Shown here: positions 45,406-54,560 of the stretch, in pieces
Layout: each line of letters begins with the position of its first letter
Numbering within the stretch: position 1 is the first letter of the stretch
Source of the DNA: Eledone cirrhosa
Taxonomy: Eukaryota
Direction of reading: 5' to 3'
Length of the DNA stretch: 64,000 nt
Assembly (NCBI GenBank): GCA_964016885.1
Contig: OZ024741.1
Coordinates: forward strand, 3,348,001-3,412,000
The notes under the pieces: model-generated
The model's database searches: none
What the model was told of the DNA's origin: nothing
The model's input: the letters and a program-made list of their open reading frames with translations, nothing else
Translations under genes and position numbers: made by a program

Positions 45406-46140
45406 GAATCTATGAGATTTTAATATTATTTATTTTGAGAACAACATCTTAACATCAGTATGAGCAGCCAGTTACGACCAGTTTAAACAGAAAGAGATGA
45501 GAGAATTCTGGCCGGATATGGCCGGTTTAAATGCTAAAGGGTTAAAGGTCCTCTGAGTGACACTTCCTGCTCTAATTAGTACCAGTCAAGTACTGGGGTC
45601 ATTCTTCCTCTATATCTCTTTCTCGTTTCCATTTTCACTCACTCTTTATCATTCTCGAAGAAATCTGCTGTAGTCAGATGAGGAATAAAGATGAGCTCCG
45701 TCAGGTTTTTAAATTCCCTAGGGAAATTAGGGATCCATACATACATATTTCACTACTCCCAGCCCCATTATCATTGTTGCGGCCTTCAAAATCTACATAT
45801 ATCTAGTTATTTCATAAGTTCAAGGTAACCTCTATAGTTTCACAAGTTTTCATCCTTTCTTCAACCACGAGTTGTATTGTTAACGGTCTTTAAAACAACA
45901 TTTATGTCATACACTTTCAATGTTTCTATTTCCTATAAATATGATATCTGCAGCATTTTATTTAACCTTTTTAAATCCGATTTTTGTTCTACACTACAAA
46001 ATCTTCAACCTAATAATGATAAAGTTAGAGTTGTCAGAGTTGTTGGAGCTTTGCGTTATGTCTTTTGGTTCTCTGGGTTCTCAGTTAAAACTTTCATCCT
46101 TTCATCCTTTCACTGTTGATAAAAGAAAGTAGCTGTCTAC

Positions 46141-46250
46141 GGCGGTGAATTAGCAGAACTGTCAGACCATTTGGTATGATGCCTTCTGGTATTTGTTCCG
46201 TCTTTTGGTGGGATGGGGGTTCTAAGTTCTAATCCCGCTGTGATCTAACT
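46141..46250 (+). mobile_element. SINE 5' head fragment
   Basis: A-box-like GGCGGTGAATTAGCAGAA and B-box-like TTCTAAGTTCTAATCCCGC, similar to the copies at 38.5 kb. Confidence 0.55.
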
Positions 46251-47084
46251 GGACGCTAGACTTAATCTGCCACTCGGTTTAACAACCCTACCTACATCTT
46301 TGAGGACACCTCCCGCACGTCTCAGAGACCCTGAAAAGAGCCATGGCCACTGCCCTTCCCTCCCGAACTATACAATAAAAAAAAATAGGGTCGTTACTTC
46401 AGAAAAGAAAATTCTCCTCCACCTCCGAGCCAAATTTTACCCGCATTCAAATTTGAAACCGCTCGGTGACAAAGTTCTCTAAAATCCAGATGAAAAACAC
46501 GGTTAAAGCATTAAAACAGTAATTTAATATAAGTTGCTTTCAACGCTTTATAAAGCAAAGTGAAATTGGTCATGAATCGGAATTGATGAGCTAATAGTCA
46601 CACCCTTATTACAACCAATTAGTATTGAGAATTTGTGTCATGCGGGCATTTATTTTGTCTTATTATTGGTGATGAATAGTGAGTGCGAATTAAAGTGTTG
46701 TCACTTTTTCTTGATAGCTGTGTTGCTACAAATTAAGTGGAATAACAAGCTGCCAAAATTTACACTTCATTGGCCTGATTTAATTAAAGATTTCAAATCA
46801 ATATTATATGTAGAACACATAAGGATAAACCCCTTTGCCGTGGCCTGTACAAATAAGAGAAAAAGTGTCGCCGGTGAAAGTTTTTTGTTCGGTGAAAATA
46901 AAAATGTCCAGGTTATTATTTCTTGATGGAAGTAAATTGTTGTGTGTAAGTTACTGTAGATTTAGTTGAAGTATATAAAAACTATAATCTGAGCGGCACT
47001 GTTTGGTCAAGCATAAGAAATACGAACTTCTAGGCAAACTAACATTTAAATAAAAAGTTATTCAAGTAGTAATTTATTTCATGT

Positions 47085-47200
47085 CAGAGAATTGGTTGAG
47101 TCGTTTTGTAGTTCTATTTCTGTCTTCTCTGAGTTCAAATCAACTTTGCCTTTTATCCTTTCGAGGTAGATAATATTACCAGTCCAGTACTTGAGTCAAT
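47085..47200 (+). mobile_element. SINE fragment
   Basis: CTGAGTTCAAAT-CAACTTTGCCTTTTATCCTTTCGAGGTAGATAA..TACCAGT matches the core of the other copies. Confidence 0.65.
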
Positions 47201-47631
47201 TCTTTCACTATATATATCTTTCTCATTTCCTCTCTCGATCGCTCCCCTTTTCTGGAAGAAATCGACTGTTTTCTGTTCTGGAGAGAGGAAGGGCATCGCC
47301 AGGTTTAGAGTGTCAAAGACATGATGAATGTCACATCAGCTCCCCAAGAACTCGATCAGAAGTTACGGTTCCTGACAGACAATATATTTTCAAAGTACAT
47401 GAAAGAGAATACTTCCGTAAGTCATATAAATGGTGAAGAGTGTGAGCTAATTATAAAAAAAAAGAGAGAAAATACACCTCGAATGTGAGTTTGTTAGAAT
47501 ACATAGTTGCTGCTGGCTGTACATAGTTTGACGAATGACAAACTTTGCGAGAATAAATTTATTTAAAACCGTTACATGGGACCAACTACCAGGGACGAGG
47601 ATTTCTTTCCTGGAATCAAATCAGTTATACT

Positions 47632-47835
47632 TAGTGACGTAGTTATAGGTCATGTACCACCAACTGGTAAAATCTCAGAGAGGTTTAGTTGCTTTAATAA
47701 AACCTCAGTGGTGTAGTTATAGACCATGTTCCACCAACTGGTAAAATCTCGAAGAGGTCTAGTTGCTTTAATAAAACCTTAGAGGTGTAGTTATAGGCAA
47801 TGTACCATCTCAGACTGGACATGATGCTTTAATAA
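47632..47835. repeat. 74-bp tandem repeat, ~2.5 diverged copies
   Basis: AGTTATAG at 47641, 47715 and 47789; shared CCACCAACTGGTAAAATCTC and GCTTTAATAAAA. Confidence 0.85.
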
Positions 47836-47946
47836 AAAAAGATTTCTAATTAAGGTGTTAGAATCCAGTTGAATTTAGATACTAGACACCTTAACAGCAT
47901 TGACTTATTCATCAACAAAATTTATTTTCATATTCTCTCGGAATAT

Positions 47947-48430
47947 TTCTTCTTCTTCTTCTTCTTCTTCTTCTTCGCCCACTTTCCCCTGAAAGTGTCG
48001 TGGGGGAAGAGTTCTCAAACACTCCTTCCAGTGGGTCCTGTCAGAAGCAACCGTTTCCAACTGATCCAGCTGGATCCACAAATGAGAACAGCCAAGCTCA
48101 CGGATGTTATCCAACTATCTTGCTCGGGGTCTACCTCTGGGTGTCCTCCTGAGATATTCTAACCACATGTCCTTCATAGTATCGGAGCTGTGATCTCTCA
48201 ATTCTGAGAAGTAGCAGCTCTACCTGGAGTGACTCTCTCATCTCCCAGCTACACACTCTATCGAGTAACATTACCCCAAAGACCCTTCAAAGGAATCCCA
48301 TATCGCGATTGTATTCGCAATCGTATTCTTTCGGTCATTACTCAAGATTCATGACCATAGGCAAGGGTTGTCACGAATACCGAATTGAAGATAGCTAGTT
48401 TGGCTTTTGCACCTACCTGCTGCTTCAATT
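47947..48430 (-). mobile_element. 5'-truncated RTE-clade (Expander/Rex3-like) LINE 3' fragment with (GAA)10 tail
   Basis: Manual minus-strand translation gives AKLAIFNSVFVTTLAYGHES*VMTERIRLRIQ ... PRGRPRAR*LDNIREL ... VASDRTHWKECLRTLPPR, then (GAA)n. These match typical RTE C-terminal motifs (LTYGHExWVMTER, RGRPRxRW, DRxxW). Confidence 0.82.
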
Positions 48431-48719
48431 ATGGAATTAATGGACAAAAAATAGTTCTATGGTTTGGAATGTTTTATCGATATTATAAGCCATATAAATA
48501 GGTTTGAAATTGCAGGAGGTAGAATCAGTTTATCAGCTCTTTTCTTGCTAATAACAGAAGTTTTGATTGAACGCTGCAATTGTTCATAACTTAACTAACA
48601 CATTGTAAAGTGTATTTTATCGATGGTGTTTTATGTTACAAGGCGTTTAAAGTTACCCGTTTTCAAATGCTCTTTTGAGGTTTACCAAACTATAAACTTG
48701 AACTACAAATAATCTAATC

Positions 48720-49600
48720 TACGAAGAAAATATCTGTCTTCAGTCCTTTCAGTTGGATCCACAACTCAACCTCTTTCGCTACAGCCACCAGACAGAAGAC
48801 AACTGCTTGCCCTTCCAAAATAAAGTAAGATGACGGAGCGAGCTTCTCGATGGAGTCGACCAATAGCCGGAAAAATTAAGAGAAAGAAACGAGTCTACTT
48901 GCAATTGTTAGAGATCGAGTAGATTGTTTTTCATATTTGGTTGAGATTCCTTCGGAAACCCGGTTTAAAGCCTACAGGTTGGATTTATATTAGGGGCTTC
49001 CACGTCGTAGGGAAAGCTCTCCCTAATGTTATTGTATCCCCCAAGAGACATGCGCACCATCATCAATGTTTAGGATACTAGTGTTGATGCCAAAACTTTA
49101 TCCTTTCTCACTCAATTTCCTCATTTCATGAGGGGCACCAATTCATTGTTGGCCTTCCTCACTAGAACACACTCTGGTGTGGTTAGTTATGGTTGTGTGT
49201 CTACATTCTTTTTGTGGGTAGCTGGGATTGTGGTAGTGTTGGTGGTGCTGGTAGTAGTAGTGGTGGTGGTGGTGGTGGTGGTGGTGGTGGTGGTGATGAT
49301 GGTGGTGGCGGTGGTGATGGTGGTGATGGTGTTGGTGGTGGTGGTAGTGTTGGTGGTGCTGGTAATAGTGGTGGTTGTGTTGCCAGTTATGGTGTGGTTG
49401 GTGTTGTAGGTGTGTCTGTAATTGCTGGGAGTGCGTCCCCTGTTTTCTGTCCTTTGTGTTGGTTTGAGGCAGGATGATTTTTTGTGCTTTCTGTTTTGTT
49501 TTGAGGGGGGTTCCCTCTCATCTCCACTTAGAGATGAGGAGGTACCAGGGTCTGCAGAATCTGACACGGATGTTTGTGGGAGTGTGTTTGTGTGGGGTGT
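48720..49600 (-). mobile_element. Diverged relative of the Tx1 element: ORF1 C-terminal part joined to the ORF2 tail, with APE and RT absent
   Basis: Minus strand gives LMMVRMSLGGYNNIRESFPYDV vs ORF1 LKMIRLPMDTYAKLRENFPEDV. It also gives RLLVDSIEKLAPSSYFILEGQAVVFCLVAVAKEVELWIQLKGLKTDIF vs ORF2 RLTTESIVTIKPPPPFKNEGEAVFLSVIAMAKEVVWWTRLKGLRSDTF. Both alignments are gap-free. Confidence 0.82.
49226..49410. repeat. (GGT)n imperfect microsatellite (Thr-rich linker of the ORF1 relic)
   Basis: ggtggtggt/gat/agt triplets; poly-Thr on the minus strand. Confidence 0.9.
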
Positions 49601-49835
49601 CTATGTGTGTGTTTGTGTGGGGTATCTATGTGTGTGTGGGGGGGCATCTATGTGTGAGTGTGGGGGGTATCTATGTGTCTGTGTGGGGTATCTATGTGTG
49701 TGTGGGGGGTATCTATGTTTGTGTGGGGTATCTATGTGTGTTTGTGGGGGGTATCTATGTGTTTGTGTGGGGTATCTATGTGTGTTTGTGGGGTATCTAT
49801 GTGTGTGTGGGGGTGGGGGGTATCTATGTGTGTAT
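49590..49835. repeat. ~19-23-bp minisatellite (TATCTATGTGTGTGTGGGGG)n, ~11 copies
   Basis: Repeating TCTATG-(TG)n-G4-6 units; HTHRYPP repeats on the minus strand. Confidence 0.9.
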
Positions 49836-49924
49836 GAGTAAATCATGAGTTCTGGTCCTGTAGAATCCATTTCTGTATTAAATATCTATGTACCAATTAG
49901 TACAATCATCTTTCGTGAGACTTA

Positions 49925-50745
49925 TGTTTTAATTTCGGAGTGAATTTCTTTATAAACTATTTTCCATTCCTAGTCGGTACTTTGGATCATCACTTGAACA
50001 TTTATAAAAAGGAAATATTTTGAATTTTCATTCCTCATAAATTACTAAATTCTCCCTTAACGGTATTTTCCTTAGTTCTGGTTTTCATATCTATTGTGTA
50101 CTGTAATTCATTCCCACAAGGAGTTCTTGGTTTGACTAATATACTCCACAGACACACTATACAATATACTCCACAGACACACTATACAATAAACTCCACA
50201 GACACACTATACAATATACTCCACAGACACACTATACAATATACTCCACAGACACACTATACAATATACTCCACAGACACACTATACAATATACTCCACA
50301 GACACACTATACAATATACTCCACAGACACACTATACAATATACTCCACAGACACACTATACAATATACTCCACAGACACACTATACAATATACTCCACA
50401 GACACACTATACAATATACTCCACAGACACACTATACAATATACTCCACAGACACACTATACAATATACTCCACAGACACACTATACAATATACTCCACA
50501 GACACACTATACAATATACTCCACAGACACACTATACAATATACTCCACAGACACACTATACAATATACTCCACAGACACACTATACAATATACTCCACA
50601 GACACACTATACAATATACTCCACAGACACACTATACAATATACTCCACAGACACACTATACAATATACTCCACAGACACACTATACAATATATTAGATG
50701 TGTTAAATATTTTGCAGTTTATTCCTGCATTCTATCAAGAAATTC
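49925..50745 (-). mobile_element. Penelope-like element remnant (GIY-YIG endonuclease C-terminus), interrupted by a 25-bp minisatellite
   Basis: Manual minus-strand translation across frameshifts: HLIYCIVC ... EYISQTKNSLWE*ITVH ... PELRKIPLRENL ... FKIFPFYKC ... RLGME ... FIKKFTPKL, following the Penelope pattern LIY-C..YIGQT..L..R...H....E..FI....P.LN. Confidence 0.78.
50138..50693. repeat. 25-bp near-perfect minisatellite, ~22 copies
   Basis: Unit AATATACTCCACAGACACACTATAC; only one variant copy seen (AATAAACTCC, ~50190). Confidence 0.98.
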
Positions 50746-50793
50746 CCCCTGAAACTAAACCATGACAGCTCAGATGCGAAATACATATAGAGA

Positions 50794-50990
50794 GGGTCGT
50801 GGGGGAAGAGTCCTCAAACGGTCCTTCCAGAAACAACCGTCTCCACCTGATCTGTTTGAGGACTCTGCCCCCACGACCCAACCTCTGAAGAAGAAGAAGA
50901 AGAAGAAGAAGAAGAAGAAGAAGAAGAAGAAGAAGAAGAAGAAGAAGAAGAAGAAGAAGAAGAAGAAGAAGAAGAAGAAGAAGAAGAAGA
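50794..50990. mobile_element. RTE 3'-end fragment present in both orientations (26-bp stem hairpin) with a (GAA)~35 tail
   Basis: 50794-50819 and 50854-50879 are reverse complements (25/26). The left arm matches the RTE end at ~47997-48020 (GTCGTGGGGGAAGAGTYCTCAAAC). Pure (GAA)n at 50887-50990. Confidence 0.8.
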
Positions 50991-50999
50991 CTACCTTCT

Positions 51000-51190
51000 T
51001 AATAACGGTTTCTGATTTAAAGATAAGGCTAACAATTTTTGGGGGAGGATAACGTCGATTAAATCGACCCCAGGACGTTACTGGTACTTTCTTTTATTGA
51101 CCTCGGAAGAATGAAAGGCAAAGCTCACCTCGGTGGGATTTGAACTCAGAATGTAATAATGTCCGACGCTCTACTGCCAATCCACCACCG
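51000..51190 (-). mobile_element. tRNA-derived SINE, reverse orientation
   Basis: GGGATTTGAACTCAGAA (reverse B box), GAATGAAAGGCAAAG, ACTGGTACTTT and ATCGACCCCAG form the reverse complement of the 38.5-kb SINE. Confidence 0.75.
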
Positions 51191-51384
51191 ATTACTGCCA
51201 ATCCACCACCCCTTCACTACCCTTTTATTAATAACTAAAATCTCATAAAAGAACGTAAGCCCTAGATTAATATTTTAAACAATGTTTTATTATTGTACTT
51301 CTTCATCCAAGTGATAAACAGTGTTTTATCACTTCTGACAATTATACTTTATTAATATATTATCCTGTACAATAACAAAGACAT

Positions 51385-51591
51385 ACATATATGTGTGTAT
51401 ATGTATATATACATATAAATATGCGTTGGTGCGTACCTGGGTGTGGGTGTTTGCATGTGTGTATGTGTGTGTGTGTGTGTTTGTGTGTTTGTGTATATAT
51501 ATATATGTGTGTGTGTGCGTGTTTGTGTGTGTGTGTGTGCGTGTCTGTGTGTGTGTGTGCATGTCTGTGTGTGTGTGCGCATGTGTGTGTG

Positions 51592-51625
<34 letters not shown>

Positions 51626-51677
51626 CGTGTATGTGTGTGTGTGTGCATGCCTGTGTGTGTGTGCGCGTGTGTGTGTG

Positions 51678-51709
<32 letters not shown>

Positions 51710-51757
51710 CCTGTATGTGTGTGTGTATGTGTGTGTGTATGTGCGTGTGTATGTGTG
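51385..51757. repeat. Compound (GT)n/(TA)n microsatellite
   Basis: TG runs periodically interrupted by (TA)5-6 and GC. Confidence 0.95.
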
Positions 51758-51879
51758 ATATCCAATTCTGACTGTAAATGAAAGGAGAAGGCAGGAGGAC
51801 ACAGTACTACAGCTGTGAGACATCCCGGACAGTTGTGGGACTACTGGTTGTAGAGGGAGGTAATCACTTCCCCCCACAC

Positions 51880-53185
51880 GAACACCACACCACCACCACC
51901 ACTATCACCACCACCACCACCACTACCGCCACCATCACCAATACCACTACCACCACCACCACAACCACCACCACCACGACTACCACCACCACTACCGCCA
52001 CCACACCACCACCACCACCACCACCACCACTATCACTACCACCATCACTACCACCACCACCACCACTACCGCCACCACCACAACCACACCACCAGCACCA
52101 ACACTACCACCACCACACCACCACCACCACCACCATCACCACCACCACGACTACCACCACGACTACCACCACCACGACTACCACCACCACACCACCACTA
52201 CCACCACCACCACTACCACCACTACCACCACATCACCACCACCACCACTACCACCACCACCACCACCACTAACACCACACCACCACCATCACTACCACCA
52301 CTACCACCACCACTAACACCACACCACCACCACCACCACCATCCCCACCACCACCACCAACACCACCACCACCACCACCGCCACCATCACCACCACCACC
52401 ACCAACACCAACACCACCACCACCACCACCACCATCACCACCACCACCATCATCACCAACACCACCACCACCATCATCACCACCACCACCACCATCACCA
52501 ACACCACCACTATCACCAACACCATCACCACCATCATCACCACCACCACCACCACTACCACCACCATCACCACCACCACTACCACCAACACCACCAACAC
52601 CACCACCACCACCACCAGCACCAACACCACCACCACCACCATCACCAACACCAGCACCACCACCAGCATCATCACCATCACCAACACCACCATCATCACC
52701 AACACCACCACCATCACCATCACCATCACCACCACCACCACCAGCATCATCACCATCACCAACACCACCATCATCACCAACACCACCACCACCACCAACA
52801 CCAGCACCACCACCAGCATCATCACCATCACCAACACCACCATCATCACCAACACCACCACCACCACCATCACCAACACCAGCACCACCACCAGCATCAT
52901 CACCATCACCAACACCACCATCATCACCAACACCACCACCATCACCACCACCATCACCACCACCACCACCAGCATCATCACCATCACCAACACCACCATC
53001 ATCACCAACACCACCACCATCACCATCACCATCACCACCACCATCACCAACACCACCACCACCACCACCAACACTACCATCACCACCACCACCACCACCA
53101 TCATCACCATCACCAACACCACTACTACCACCAACGTCATCATCATCACCATCTTCAATATCAACACCAACACCAACAACACCAA
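51880..53185. repeat. 1.3-kb compound (CAC)n/(CAT)/(CAA)/(TAC) triplet microsatellite
   Basis: Continuous CAC-based triplets with recurring sub-blocks such as CCAGCATCATCACCATCACCAACACCACCATCATCACCAACACC. Confidence 0.95.
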
Positions 53186-53309
53186 CTGGAAAGAAACACT
53201 CAAGTTATTAACAAGAAGAGTTGAAATTAATACATGCAAGATTTCACAGCCCTATCATCACACTTCATAGTCAACTAATGAACTTTTCAGTCGACCCTCG
53301 TACATATAC

Positions 53310-53495
53310 ACGTTGGACTTCCGTCGGTTCTGACGATGAATATTCCAGTTGTTTGATCAACGTAACAGGCTGCTGATGAAATCAACGTTTTAAGTTGCTA
53401 AGTATCCCGCTGACACGTGTTTCGTTGACATAGTTATCAGCGAGATTCCGTGTTGTGTGACATGACTGACCCTTTTCTGGTACAACTCATTTGCT
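53310..53495. mobile_element. Degenerate interspersed repeat (probable SINE tail)
   Basis: Resembles, from memory only, an abundant octopus repeat (..CCAGTTG..GATCAACG.AACAG.CTGCT..TGAAAT.AACGT..). No second copy in the window. Confidence 0.35.
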
Positions 53496-53685
53496 CAAAT
53501 TGAATCGGGGGCCATCATTATTGATATTTAGGTATCTGATACTTGAGCTGAAGCCCGGGAAAGTTCTTGTAAAACTGTCCATCCAATGCTGGAGCTGCTC
53601 TTCAGAGTGCTGTGTCGTCTGCAATGAACATGTCCCAAATAACTACATAACACATGTTGCTTATTTTACTTCAGCCAGAAAAAAT

Positions 53686-53848
53686 TAGGTACCTTCCTGT
53701 CAGATTTAGTGGGAAGGTAGATACCAAAGTAGGTACCTTCCACCAAAGTAGGTACCTTCCTGTCAGATTTAGTGGGAAGGTAGATACCAAAGTAGGTACC
53801 TTCCACCAAAGTAGGTACCTTCCTGTCAGATTTAGTGGGAAGGTAGAT
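53686..53848. repeat. 63-bp tandem repeat, ~2.6 copies
   Basis: CAGATTTAGTGGGAAGGTAGATA at 53701, 53764 and 53827. Each unit has a TACCTTCC..GGAAGGTA inverted pair. Confidence 0.93.
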
Positions 53849-54169
53849 AGCATCATTTAATATTCCAAATGCATGCTTTAGCAGGATGACGAGGAAGACA
53901 GTAAACAGCATGAGAAGAAGACAGTGAGAAGAAGCACACACCTGGAGATCACAGCAGTGTGAAGGACAAAGGTCTCTGAAGAAGAGACTTCAAACACAAC
54001 GGCTCACTTGAAGTTTGTTTGGAATGATTGAACTAAGCGAAAGAACTTCCGTGTACAACCTTGCCGAGGATTTTAAACAGATCATCTCCGCTCATACAAT
54101 TGAATTCCTTCTGAAGATTAATGGAAGCTATGTAGGCTGGTTGTCTTTGCTACCTACATTTCCCTGATA

Positions 54170-54369
54170 CAGGGAGAGTCATAAGTAACCGGCAGGTCCT
54201 ACATTTATATTCCAAATGATAATATTTACCAAAGTTCTGGTCTTACGAAATTATAAATAAATCAAACAAAAGTGTTTGAAAAATAGAATTAAAGTGTTTG
54301 AGAAGCTGACTCCGTTCCTCAAAATATTGTGAACTTTACAATATTCTCGATTACTTATGACTCATCCTG
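54170..54369. mobile_element. 200-bp Tc1/mariner-type MITE
   Basis: TA-CAGGGAGAGTCATAAGTAA ... TTACTTATGACTCATCCTG-TA: 19-bp TIRs with 2 mismatches and a TA duplication. Removing it plus one TA restores the RTE reading frame (KL-SGKCR). Confidence 0.85.
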
Positions 54370-54491
54370 TAGTTTTCAAACGGAGAAGATTATATCTGGA
54401 AAGCATTTTTACATGAGACAAATCTGAGACGTACTTTCATTGATTTTCTGGAGTTTGTTCTGAACCAGGAGGGTAAAGACCTTTCCAACAG

Positions 54492-54533
54492 CACTCACGA
54501 GTTGTTATAGTCTTCTATAACAACTCGTGAGTG
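54492..54533. other. Perfect 19-bp-stem, 4-nt-loop hairpin
   Basis: CACTCACGAGTTGTTATAG-TCTT-CTATAACAACTCGTGAGTG. Confidence 0.95.
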
Positions 54534-54560
54534 TTCTTCTACTGAGTAACAATGTCATAG

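Larger units (their letters stand above)
38929..45541. mobile_element. Non-autonomous piggyBac-type DNA transposon (MITE) carrying a tandem array and a LINE insertion
   Basis: TTAA(38925-28)-CCCTTTAGCATTTA(38929-42) ... TAAATGCTAAAGGG(45528-41)-TTAA(45542-45). These are perfect 14-bp TIRs starting CCC with TTAA on both sides, the piggyBac signature. Confidence 0.88.
53530..54510 (-). mobile_element. Old RTE (BovB-like) reverse-transcriptase remnant, interrupted by a MITE and a 63-bp triplication
   Basis: Minus-strand translation, in correct RT order: SAVGKVFTLLVQNKLQK, DIIFSV*KL|SGKCR*QRQPAYIASINLQKEF, LFKILGK, FRLVQSFQ, LFTVFLVILLKHAFG..IYLPTKSDRK, IWDMFIADDTA, HSEEQLQHWMDSF. Compare RTE LSIVGKVF, DMIFSLRQLQEKCREQ..YIAFIDLTKAF, LKHAF..GIYLRTRSDGK, DMLFADD. 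Confidence 0.82.

Noticed and set aside
45600-47600. Short ORFs (60-97 aa) in the unique-looking AT-rich stretch as possible host exons
   Set aside because: No recognisable motifs or convincing splice structure, and interspersed with SINE fragments. A small exon cannot be excluded without RNA-seq.
50762-53239. Poly-Lys, His/Thr, Val/Cys and Val/Met ORFs
   Set aside because: Translations of (GAA)n, (GT)n and (CAC)n microsatellites.
54492-54533. Helitron 3' hairpin or rho-independent terminator
   Set aside because: No CTRR end at the expected distance and no U-tract. The flanking TCTTCTA duplication and overlap with RTE homology are better explained by snap-back insertion.
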